Below, one piece after another: positions 28,201 to 39,600 of a DNA stretch of 64,000 bases. Under the pieces are notes generated by a model that searched no databases, was not told where the DNA came from, and saw only the letters and a list, made by a program, of their open reading frames with translations. The stretch covers positions 905,090-969,089 of the forward strand of contig JAAOMT010000299.1 of assembly GCA_016748015.1 (NCBI GenBank), written 5' to 3'. Position numbers and translations under genes: made by a program. Positions within the stretch are counted from its first letter, which is position 1. The number at the start of each line of letters is the position of its first letter. Source of the stretch: Geosiphon pyriformis uo1. Lineage: Eukaryota; Fungi; Glomeromycota.

Positions 28201-29972
28201 CTTTGAGCTGGTGCCCTGTGCACCCTTTGGTCTCCCCAGTTTGTTTAAAATTAAATCCTTCGAACAATTTTCTGGTGGGTGTGGTTCGTATTTTTGCTGA
28301 CTGCAGCTTATCTTTTAGTAGTCCTGGTCCCAGTGCATTCTGATTTTCCCATAGAACTCCCATGTCTTTGGTTCTTGGGGAGGTAAAATTCTCTAGGTGT
28401 TTCTTTTCACTTCAGCAGTATGGAATTGCCTTTGTGGAACAATTGCGTCAACGCAATAGTGGTGTTTTTGACTGGAAGACTTTCAAGTGTTGGAAAAAGC
28501 TGGATCCGCGTGGCCCCATTCCTGATTGGTTTGATGTCTTTGTTGGTTATCTTGGTGGTGTGAGGTCATCTTCTTCTGTTCATGGCTGTTCAGTGGGCAT
28601 TTTTTCTGCTCTTAGTGTCTTGGAATCCACTGATTTTGATTTGGTTCGTAATCATTTATTGGGATTGGGTGCTGATAGCCTTTCAGTCTATACTGATGGA
28701 TTCTTGGCTGGTTTGAGCACTCTCAGTATTAAATCAGGTGCAGTGGTTTTCTTTGATGATATTAATATGAGTTTAGGTGTTAAGGTTTTGGGTTTGTTGT
28801 CATCTACTTTAGCGGAATTGCAAGCTATTGCATTTGCTCTCAAGTGTGTTCCTGCAGTTAGCAAAGTTAACTTATTTTCAGATAGTCAGGCCATGTTGGA
28901 TACTTGCAGGTCGGAATTGGGTTTTGTGCATCTGGATTTTCGGAATAGTTGTTGGATGGAGCGCTGTTATATTGCTGGTCTTGTTCGTGCTAAGAGGTTG
29001 GATGTCAGCTGGTGTAAGGTTAAAGGACATTCTGGTGTTGTAGGTAATGACCAAACTGATGATCTGGCTGGCCATGCAGCTCTTTCTGATTTTGTTCTTC
29101 CCCCCCCCCGGCTGGACGAGCAGTTTATCCTGGCTGGTGGTAATCTGGTTTCAGGTAATTCTAGGCATTTTGTGTATGACATTTATCAGTTCATTCATCG
29201 TTCGCGTTGGGGTTTCAGTTCGGGTAATAGGATTGTCACTGGCAAATTGTTCACAGATATCGATTGGCACAGGTTCTCTTCTGTCTGGCATCCTAATTCA
29301 CACATAGCTGCTGGCTTCACCAGTATTCGGACCGCTGGTTTGCACACGTATTTTATGAAAGCTCTGCATTATAGACTGCCTGTGGCCATTTGCAAATGTC
29401 TTTATGATAGGAGTTACCCTAGTGTGGTTTGCTTGTTTTGTGGAAGTGTGGAGGTCTCAGACCATGTTTTTTCTTGTGATTCTGACTTTGCTAATTGTGA
29501 TTGGCTGCTTGGTAATTTTGTGGTTAAATGGGAAGGTATTTCTGGCCTTTATGGCCCTTCTTCTCGCATGCTGCAAACTCTTTCTTCATGTATTCTTAAC
29601 ACCTCAGTCTGTGTTGCTCTATGCAATGGCTTTGTTTTTAATGATTGGTTTTTTGAGGCGGTTTCTGTTTTTGGTAACCTGAAACTTGCTGGTGCGAAAA
29701 TTGTGGACTTTGTCCATGATTTTTGCCTAGCTTTTAGAGATGAGGTTTGGTTGGTCTGTGTCAAACATCGTGTCTTTATGGAGAAGCATGGGTTAATTCC
29801 TCGAGACAGTTCTGTGCCAGTTTCTATTTCTGGTCTGTCTTCCCTGTATTTGGCTGGGGTTGTCAGATTGTTGGATATTAATGATGCATTTGGCATTAGA
29901 TTTGGTTTGCGCAAATTTAGTTTGTTTGTTTCAGGTACTTTAGATGCAGTTTCTGTTCATATAAGTGCATAG
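25278..29972 (+). pseudogene. LINE ORF2: APE endonuclease - reverse transcriptase - RNase H - CCHC finger
   Basis: APE: IATCNVCGLN, ILGGNFN, IDYMSVS, TDYRAV. RT: KAAGLSGI, LQDMKKAYDSV, AFVDDT, YLGIFL. RNase H: YTDG, AELQAI, SDSQ, KVKGHSGVVGNDQTDDLA. Finger: CLFCGSVEVSDHVFSC. Several in-frame stops. Confidence 0.93.
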
Positions 29973-32900
29973 TGTTGTTCTGATTGGCCTGAGTGGCTAG
30001 TCACGTGTAGAAAGTGCATGATTCATGCCTAATTTAGATCAATTATTTGATGTATAGTTTTAGGTTGTGTTTGGATTTCACTCAATAAACATAAAAAAAA
30101 AAAAAACACCAGTATAAATTTAAAAATAACACTGAAAATTTTAACAATAATAATAGTCCAATTAGTCTTTAGATCTATTTTAGTAAAAAAAGAAATTAAT
30201 ATCAGAGAAAAAATAATTAATGCAGAATATATAGAAAATATTATTGTAATACTATAAAATAACTTAGAAAAAGAATATATAATTGAACCAAATAAAAAGA
30301 TGGCATAAGCAATATTTCTGTCTTTGGTTAAAATAACTTAGTTAGTGTTAGTGGGAATAAGAGAAAAATTAGGAATTACAGCAAAAGAGATAAAGAGATT
30401 TAGATTAATGAGTAGAATAGATATACTAGTTAATATAACAAAAAAAACCAATTAATAAGAAAAAAATTATCTTCACTCATTAATTAATTTCCATTTTATC
30501 ATATAACCAGTATATAATAATTATAGAAAAGAAAGTAAAAAACCAATTCCAAATTTTTGAAGCTGAAATAAACATTTGTGAATCAAAAAAAATTACTATT
30601 ATTAATTTTTAAATATTAGCCAAGAACAATAAACACATCAAGATTTTTTTTCCTTTGGATTACAGAAGACAAGAATACTTTTATTACAATATTTATTTAT
30701 TTGTCTAGAGTAAATTCAAAGATATTACTTGTTTAGAATTAATTTAATCTATATTGCCAATAAATAAAACAACTAAAGCTATAGAAATATGAATAATCAA
30801 AACAAAATTAATTCTTTTTACACTCTTATCAAAGAACAAATTAAACTCAAAGGAAGAGAATTAAAAATTATTTGTGATTGAAATAAATGTTTACAAAGCA
30901 GTAAACTTTTTTTGTTGTAAAAAATGAAAAAAAAATCTTTCTTTTAAGAATTATTTTAAAAAATTTTGAAGCAAAGCTGAAATTATCACTCATAATTTTA
31001 AAAATTATGGCTCAAACATTAATACTAATGTAATAAATTTACAAGAATGATTTTATATTGATAAAAATGATCCAAATAAGAAGACAAATATTTAAAAATT
31101 AATTTTTGGAAAATTAAAAAGAATTAAAACAAAACAAAAAGAGCAACATTATAGTAAACAACTTTTTTTTTATGATTGTTTCTTTTTTTGTCCATTGCTT
31201 AAGGATTATTGCAAACTTTAAAAAAAGAACTAATTAGTAAATTAGTGATTATAACTGTTTTTAAAAAAAAGAAGCACTCTAAAGATTATTTAATAAGAAA
31301 AAAAAAAATTTTGGCAAAACTTGCAGACAATTTTTACAAGCTAAGATTGATTTTATTGAAATTAAGATTGTTTTAGAACAAGAATTAGCTTAATTTATGA
31401 GATAGAATTATATTAAAGAATATTATCTTAATTTTGATTTATATATTAATAATCATTTCTTTTCAATTAAGAAAACTAGTAAACTTATTTTTAATAGCTT
31501 TTATGTATTATTAAACTTTGCTTGTAGTAGATATTTTTAGACTTTCAATATTTACCATTTCAAGACTAATGCTACTGGTCTTAAAAATAAAGACTTTTCT
31601 ATTGCTGTCTTAAAGATAAAAAACTACTAGTTAAAGAAAAAGCTAAAATTTTTGCAAACATAAAAAAAAAACAACTGAGTTTATTAGATAGTAATCAGTA
31701 GATTACTATTTTTTTCTTAGTTGTTTTAATAATTAAAATTGTAATAGTAATAGTTCAAGAAAAAGATTTTAGAAAGAACTAAAAAACTATGAGCAAAGCA
31801 ATAACAAAAATCAGATTAAGCCATTATTTTTTATTCTTCTTGGTAAATTTCATAAGTAATTTTTTCTTTGTCTAAATATTTCTTAAGAATTTTGGTATCA
31901 TTGATTTAAAAATGTATGGAGCAATTTTTTCTTCTTGAGATTTTTTAGAATGCTTCTAATAATGCTGTAATTTTTGGGTTCTTAGTAGATTTAATGTAAA
32001 TTAGTTTTATATATTTTATTTTTATATAGAAATAATCTTATATTAATCCTGTTATGGTTTATATTCATCACATTTTGGTATGATAAAGTGAGTATTAAAA
32101 TTAACAAGTTTATAAGTTATGAATGAGCACCATTATTACTTTTCAAAACGTTATCAGTCATATCATAAAATCAGCCTTTCATTTATGTTACATAATTAAA
32201 TGTTCACTTTGTCTGGTTTTGTTGCAGCATGCCCCATATAACATTAATCAAAAATCATCAAAATTTTATTATTGTATTTAATTATAATAATGAAATTTTA
32301 ATTTTCAGTTATTAACAACATATTTATTTATTTAATTTATATTGTGAATTGAGTTTTAAATGAATTTTTTTCAATATATTCTATAAATATTAAATTAATA
32401 AAATATATGTTGATTTGTGCAATTAAAATTAATAAGTTTTGTTTGCTATATTTGGTGTTTAATAATGGCAAAGAAATTTTTATTTAAAATTCATAATATT
32501 TGAAACCCAGTTCTTTTGCATGATATGAAACTGAAATGGTGAAAGCTCCGACCTGTTTTCTGGTCCCCCCCCCCCCATGTTGCAGTCTTGAAATGTTTGA
32601 CTCTTGACATCTTGAATAAAAACGGTTTGAGAGGATGGAATATTATACATAAATAGTAAGTAGTACTAAGAAATGCCAAGTAAGACTACATGACCCTCAA
32701 GAGAGGATCAAAGCTCTATCAAGCAATCCCCGGCGGAGGATCCTCCAGCCCCATTTTCACCTTCGTGGATTAAAGTCCCAGTTCTGCCAGTTGTACACCC
32801 TTGGATTCTAAAGGTGAAGACAGTGTTGATGGTAAGAATATCTTGGGAAAATTCGTACTTGTCGAAGAGAACCATGAGTTTTGTAGAATAAAGATTTATT

Positions 32901-33737
32901 GGAGAGGTCGAAGGCAAGCAGGAGACAGTCGCGATAGGCAAACACAACTTCTGAGATCACTCAGCTTTAAGTCGCGGTCGTTTGAAGTTAACACCTGAGC
33001 CGTTGTCCCTGAGAAGTTCGTTGGTGGAGATCGAGAGAAGCCGCTTTTGTCATCAGAGATCCTCTTTTTGCTTGGCGCTAGAGACACGGGCGTAGAGGTG
33101 GCTTTTCTTGGTAGGTGGAGGTGGTGACAGCGTTTATCAGAAGTTATTTCGGGAAAAAGGTAGGAGAGCAAAGAGGTGCAGGTATTTATTGTCACGATTT
33201 TGAACCTGATATCAATATTTTATTGATAGGCATTACTCAACAAAAAATAACACCTGATAATGTCACAATTCTCATTTATCAAGCAATAAAGTATCAGAAA
33301 TCCCCAGAAGAAAATATTATAAAATTGCCCGTTAATGAACAGAATAGCAAGAAAAATGTGAATCTATGTCCTGAGTGTTTGAATGGAAAGCTAAAGTTCA
33401 TCGATATACAGAAAATTTTCTTGGCTATACCAATATTAACAGATAATAGCATATCAAATCCAAAACAAAAACCAAATTATAAAATACAATTATGTTTCCC
33501 TACAAACAGGGGAGATTTCCACTTTGCATAAGCATAGCCGATTGTCCATGGATAACCAAGATATAAACCTCTCCAAGTCAATCATGTCCCATGTAAAGAA
33601 GGCAGTGAAAGATTGGCGATCGTAATGGTTTGAGAAACCGCAGTACCAATAGAGTACATCTAGTAAATAACTCTTTCCAAGGAAAATCTGGCATTTGCTC
33701 CATGGCTTTAAAAATTAGGTCGATCATGAAGATCATT

Positions 33738-35795
33738 CTAAAGCGATGGAGATTCGGTAAGAGGCTTCATATGCGATTTTATTTTGGGTCTTCTAACCAG
33801 ATCAGAGGCGAAATTTGATGTAAACATCGGTGAATACTTCGAATTCTTGGGGTTTTTAACGACGGTATTTTTTACCGAGTATATAATCTTGGGTTTTGGG
33901 CCAACTTTAGGAGATGGGTTTTTTAGAGGCAAAGGTGTGGCTCTAGGGGGGGTTTTTGATCTCAAAGGGACTCCTTCAATATTCTTGTTAGCCATGTTAA
34001 CGTGATCCGACTGTGATGGAAGGATTGGTAGTTGATATAATCCTCGAACAACAGAGTTCCTTTTTAAATCACCCCATTTCTTAATTGGGGTGACAATTGT
34101 TGAAGGAGTTGGCCCATCATTAATAAGTTTTCCGAAAACTTTGTTCATTGGAAAAAACTGCGTGTATTCCAAATTATTCATTCTCATCGCACGTAAAGAG
34201 CCATGAGTTGGAGAATGTACTCCTGCATAAAAATGAACTTTGCCGTCTATTGTATTTCTTCCAGAGTCTTCAGAATTCAATAATGGAAGACGGGGTTTCA
34301 TAGCTTCCCACAATTTTTTCTCATCAATAAAGGGCAATATTCCGACACCTGACACGAGTTGCATTCTGTCGGGAAAAAATTCAGCGAGTGACGATTTTGG
34401 ATCGCTTATTAAATCACGTAATGGGTCTGGTAAAAAGTTTTCGCAGGAACGGGGAAGAACACATATCAATTGTTCAAATGGTCGCATTGGAAGATCAGCA
34501 GTGAAGTTTTGATCTACGGATTGAGATTTAACATGTTTCACCAGTTCTAAAATCGATGGTGGAAAATGATGGGGGTAAAAGAACCTCCAACTTGGGCAAT
34601 CTCTAGTATAATATTGGAATGCCCAGCATAAAACTCGCACATAATCATTTGCTCTTTTGACAGCTTCCTCTTCTGAAATTTTCGAATGCTTTTGCGAAAT
34701 TTGAGATAATTTTTCCCCCAATATCTCCGTTTTATCACCCAGATTAAATATATAAGTGATTAATCGACCAATGTTGATTTTACCCCCCTTTTGAGTAATG
34801 TAGCCACCCATTTGCTCAAAGCATCCACGATACGTTCTCATCATGACATTCACAGCTGTTCCCAATCCTTGAAGTTTGGGAAGAAAATCGTTACCGAGCA
34901 ACATTGATATGCATACAAAATCCTCAATAATGTTTTCTTGTTCTTCAAGGGTTAAAGAAACCTTTTCTTTGGGCTTCATATCATTGATAAGATGTTTACG
35001 AAGATGTTGGATATGTAGAATATCCAATTCTGTCCCCATACCTGGTCGCAAAATACGGATATTCTGCTCGTGAGTCATCAATGAGTACATGATAAAATCA
35101 GCGTCGCCACCGCAAACAATATGCCGTGATTCAATATTATAGGAACGTTGTATTCGTTGCGACTTTAAAAAATGAAATAATTTATGTTCCCCTTCACCCG
35201 GAACACTAGAATCACTGAATATAATTTGCATATGTCTGCGATATCCATTTAATCTTTGATATATATAGTATCTTATTGCCTCATTTGCTGCTTTCATGAA
35301 TGGTGTACCAGGCGTGATAGCAACCGATTCACCAGGCAAAAAAAATCCACCATTATCTTCATTGTCACCTCCGACCTCAATGGTGATTGCATCTTCGTTG
35401 GCAACGGCAAGCTTTTGTGAGGAGGAAGGAATGCCAATAGGAGGAACAATAGCAGGGTTTTTTGGCTTAATATTGACGGCAAGATAGCGACGAACACGTT
35501 GTTCGTTCATTTTAGCTCTAGGAGCCACACCGTCCATGGCAATATATACAAGAGCTTGGGGGTTGCATAAATCTATAGCCTCGTCCATTTTTTGAAAAAC
35601 CTTGGCCAACATTCTCCCTGGGGTTAATTTACGTTTTGACCCCTTTTTTTTACTTTTGGCCAAATTAGCACTGTGAAAGAGAGCATTTATGTCAAGATAT
35701 AAGAAATCTGTAACGTGTCTTGAATTTGGAACAACTCGCTCTACTACTTGTGGGTAATGTGAAGCAAGCCAACGAAAAAAACCAGGAATCCCCAT
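33738..35795 (-). CDS. XRN-family 5'-3' exoribonuclease (compact 685-aa Xrn1/Xrn2-like protein), intronless
   Basis: Uninterrupted ORF with the canonical motifs MGIPGFFRWL, LYLDINALFH, MDGVAPRAKMNEQRVRR, ITPGTPFM, SDSSVPGEGEHK, GDADFIM, LLGNDFLP, SWRFFYPHHFPP, PFEQLICVLP and LPFIDE. CpG is retained, unlike in the flanking repeats. Confidence 0.95.
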   Translation of the reverse strand: MGIPGFFRWLASHYPQVVERVVPNSRHVTDFLYLDINALFHSANLAKSKKKGSKRKLTPGRMLAKVFQKMDEAIDLCNPQALVYIAMDGVAPRAKMNEQRVRRYLAVNIKPKNPAIVPPIGIPSSSQKLAVANEDAITIEVGGDNEDNGGFFLPGESVAITPGTPFMKAANEAIRYYIYQRLNGYRRHMQIIFSDSSVPGEGEHKLFHFLKSQRIQRSYNIESRHIVCGGDADFIMYSLMTHEQNIRILRPGMGTELDILHIQHLRKHLINDMKPKEKVSLTLEEQENIIEDFVCISMLLGNDFLPKLQGLGTAVNVMMRTYRGCFEQMGGYITQKGGKINIGRLITYIFNLGDKTEILGEKLSQISQKHSKISEEEAVKRANDYVRVLCWAFQYYTRDCPSWRFFYPHHFPPSILELVKHVKSQSVDQNFTADLPMRPFEQLICVLPRSCENFLPDPLRDLISDPKSSLAEFFPDRMQLVSGVGILPFIDEKKLWEAMKPRLPLLNSEDSGRNTIDGKVHFYAGVHSPTHGSLRAMRMNNLEYTQFFPMNKVFGKLINDGPTPSTIVTPIKKWGDLKRNSVVRGLYQLPILPSQSDHVNMANKNIEGVPLRSKTPPRATPLPLKNPSPKVGPKPKIIYSVKNTVVKNPKNSKYSPMFTSNFASDLVRRPKIKSHMKPLTESPSL

Positions 35796-36661
35796 CTGAC
35801 TCTACTAGGCTTTTTGGTAAAATTCTTTTCCCTGCTGTAATTTTGATGATTCATTGGCCCAGCAGTCACAATTTGTAATGGTTTTTAAGGACCGCTGAAT
35901 ATAATTGGGTATCAGTGGAGTAACAATTCTTGCAGAATTGGTTGATTGGAAGACAGAATCTAATATTTTGAGGGACACTTTCGAGGTGGAAGATACTAGC
36001 ATTTACTTTAGTGAAACTCTCGTATCAGTAGTTTAAAGGTTTACATTCACCCCCTATCCTTCCTTGTATGCTTGCTCTGTGATCCAGAATGGCATTAATT
36101 TTTTATATGAAGTTTACTGTGTTAAATGACACTATAAATTGAATGTTACTCAAGTCCTTCCTGTTCTTATGTCGACAAGGATAGCCCAGAAATTGTGCGT
36201 TTCGTGTTTTTTTTGTGCTGATATATTATAACACAAATACTAAAACTTATGTTATCTTCTCTTTTTAAAGTAATCAAACTTTTAGGTGTTTCGACTGGTA
36301 TGCTTTGATGCTGGAACCGAAAAAGGAAAATACATTCTTTTTAAAATACAAAGCAAAAATTATAACAAGGTGTGATCTATTTCATGCCATACATTAAACG
36401 TGGTTTACATGTGACCAGCCACCCAGACTTATGTCAAAATTATACTAAGCTAGGCTTTAATACTTAAATTTAATTTCTTATTTACCTTGGTTTTAATGGC
36501 TTGATTTATTATTTCAAACTTTTAAGAGTTTTATTATTTTTTTAAATGATAATAAAACAAGTTTTTTTATTGGATTTTTCAATAATATTTAGCAATAAAA
36601 CAATAAATTAATCAGCAGTTTATATATAAAAAATAAAATATTTTTTAATACAAACATTGTA

Positions 36662-39600
36662 ATATTTTTTTTATTTATTTTATTTAACGAATGAGGTCCA
36701 AACACTGCCTAGTACAATATATCAAATAATTAATCTAAACTAGGTATGAATCATATGTTTTTTACATATAACCAGTTATTTAAGCTGATTAAAACAACAC
36801 TAAGCACCTATATAAACCAAGACTAGATCTTCAATACCTGAAAAAAATAAACAAGATTTATATGATCTAAAACTAGCACCAAATGTCTTAGCAATACCAA
36901 GCAATTTGACCACATTAGCAAAAAACATTGAAAACAGCCCAAAAACTGAAACTAGAGCTAAATCATCACATGGTACTAGCCCATTTTTTTTTCATGAAAA
37001 CATGATATCTAGCATAGACTAACTAAATTTTATCTCTAAAAGCAAGACAAAAATTATGCACAAAGTCTACAATCTTCCAACTCATAATCTTAGAATCTCC
37101 AAAAACAGACACAGCCTCTTGAAGCCAATCTTTAAAAACAAAATCTTTACAAAAAGTCATACATACTATAATATTTAAAACACAAAAGGACAACAATTGA
37201 GATATACATAAAAAAAACTAAGAAACCAGAAATCATGCTCTAAGCAGCTGCATAGACATCCAACAATCAATGACAAGCAGAAACATCAACCATATAAGAA
37301 AAAACATGAACATCACCACAATACAAACACAATACATTGGAATAACACTTGTTATATAAGTATTTCCGAACAGTAACTGGTAGTTAATAATGCAAAGCTT
37401 TTATGAAATACATCCAAATTTTAACAGTAGACTTACTAGTAAAATCAGCAGCTATGTGTAAATTAGGATGCTATATTAAGGATGAACTAAACCAATTAAC
37501 ATTTAATAGTAAACTATTATCTAAAACTCTAGAACCAGAACCAACTTTTTAATGTACATGATGAACAGACTAAAAGACTCCATAAATAAAATGTTTAGAA
37601 TTATTAGAAATAATACCACCTTTGACCAATATATAATACTTCTTCAATCAAGAGAAGAAAAAAATAAAAATAAAAATAAAAAAAAAATACCAAGAAGAAA
37701 AAAAAGCAGTATTAGCAAGAGCATTAACATGTATATTATCCAAAACATCTGAATAACTCTTGATTTTGTGCCAGCTAATATTTAAATTTTTTTTCTGAAC
37801 AATATTTGTAATATGTTAATACTTAATTTAACACCAATTCTGAAAATCTGAACACACTAAACCCAATTCTGATTTACATACATCCAAAGCAGTTTGACTG
37901 TCCATTATAATACAAACCGAGTTAAGAGAGAAAACACACTCAAGAACCAATGCAATAGTCTGCAACTTTACCAAAATAGAAGACATCAATCTGGAAACTC
38001 AAACTTCCAAACCCAAGTCCACATCCTTAAAAAAAACTGCTGTACTAGCTCTTATCTTAATACTCTCTAAGTTTTTTAGAGATTTATTTATATAGACAGA
38101 AAAGCAATTAGCTGTAACATTTAACAAATTATTATGAACAAACCCAAACTCACAAAACTCCAAAACATTTAAAGATTTAACCATATTCAAAGAAGAAAAG
38201 CAGACAAAAAATGAAGTTATACTGCTAAGAAAGTCAACAAAAAGCTTAAACTAGTTAAGAACAAGACCATGTAGATTTAATCTTTTCCAATGTCTGAAAA
38301 TTTTCTAATTAAAAATAGTACCATTTTGACTGTAAAACTATTTAACAAATGCTATATCATACCACCAAAATAATAAAAGAAATCTAAAAAACCCAAATTT
38401 GCCAAGAACAGCTGACATGAAAGTACCATCCTAAAAACAAAAAAAATTGCATATTGGATCACCCAAGGACAAATTGTACTTAAAAAAAACACAAATCACA
38501 CCTGCCAAAAAGTTATTAGACAGACTGACCCTAATGTAAGCTAAAAAACCCAAAGAATAAATTGGATATTAGCACAAAGCTTGCAAGTCATAAGATCTGT
38601 GTGAAAATAATTGATCCAAAAACCCATCAAAGTTTGTAAAGCACATAATAGAAGCCAACTTGCCTTCAGTTTAAACTTGTTCAAAAGTCTTAAGACTATA
38701 TAAAGAAAGATGGTAAAGTGTATTATTAGAGAAATCAAAAGACAGACCAGTCTTTAACTTTAGACTTTTGCAAATTAAAGCATCCCACTTATTACATACA
38801 CTAATAGGCACAAAACTAAACTGTGTTTGGTAGCTAACAATAGAATAAAGAACTGCTGACACCAAATAAGAAAACTGTTTATCTAAAATGGTCTTCCTCA
38901 AAACAAAGTTGGAAAAAAATTTAACATCTGAATACATTTTGGCCAAGCTAGACTTTAACAATCCTTTAGTAGACAAAAAAATATCCAGATAACAATGGAA
39001 TTTCTTTCTTTTGGCAATAGAAATAAATGAACCATTGATTGATAACAAAAAGCATCTGACTCTGCAATTAATGGGAATGGCCACTGTTTTATTATTATTT
39101 ATAGAAATGTCATTAATTTGAAAAAACTCACTAGCAACATTGAGAATGTGTTGAGTAATAGTCTAATTGCTACCAACCCAGATAGTATTATTGACAAAAG
39201 CATCAGCAATGAGAAAAAATATCAATTCAGCCTGAGATTTCACATGATTAGTTTTAACAATAAAATAAAAATTCAACCTGTACTTATACACACTTTTCTG
39301 TTTTTTGACTTCACACAAAAGGAGATCATAAAATATGCACCAAAAAAAAAGTAAGAACACCTCCTCTTGATCCAGACTATTATGTATCTGATATCTATCT
39401 GTTAACCCAAAATTAATTATAACTCTGTTGACATAATTATTGTAAATATTATTAAAAAAACTAATATACTTGTTATACATCTTTATTCTGACTAAATTTT
39501 TTTTAAGATGCTTCTATTCCACAGAATTGTAGGCCTTTTGCATGTTCTGCAAGACCAGTCAGAGTTTATGGTTCTTTTTCAAAGCATCTTTAATGACTGA

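Larger units (their letters stand above)
23914..30105 (+). mobile_element. LINE copy 2: 5'-truncated non-LTR retrotransposon with ORF1, ORF2, 3' UTR and poly-A tail
   Basis: 7-bp TSD ACAC(T/C)AG at 23907-23913 and 30106-30112, AATAAA at 30084-30089, A-tail to 30105. Excision restores the dUTPase frame of E4. Confidence 0.95.
19094..30645 (+). mobile_element. Ty3/Gypsy E4 (subfamily A): 5' LTR 19094-19994, PBS, gag, protease, Cys-rich domain, dUTPase split by LINE copy 2; truncated at about 30645
   Basis: LTR is homologous to 1765-2669. PBS TGGTGTTCTTTGTAA at 19997. dUTPase reads FDLRYLEKTAIRLKPYLH up to 23913 and resumes TSINLKI...IINAEY...KKMA at 30106. Confidence 0.85.

Noticed and set aside
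25278-29972. Alternative genetic code (TGA=Trp) to explain the many in-frame stops
   Set aside because: Stops include TAA, TAG and TGA at Gln, Arg and Trp positions and differ between copies. The XRN gene is open in the standard code.
33115-33531. 138-aa plus-strand ORF with CPEC as a real gene
   Set aside because: GTG start, no recognisable domain and no other support.
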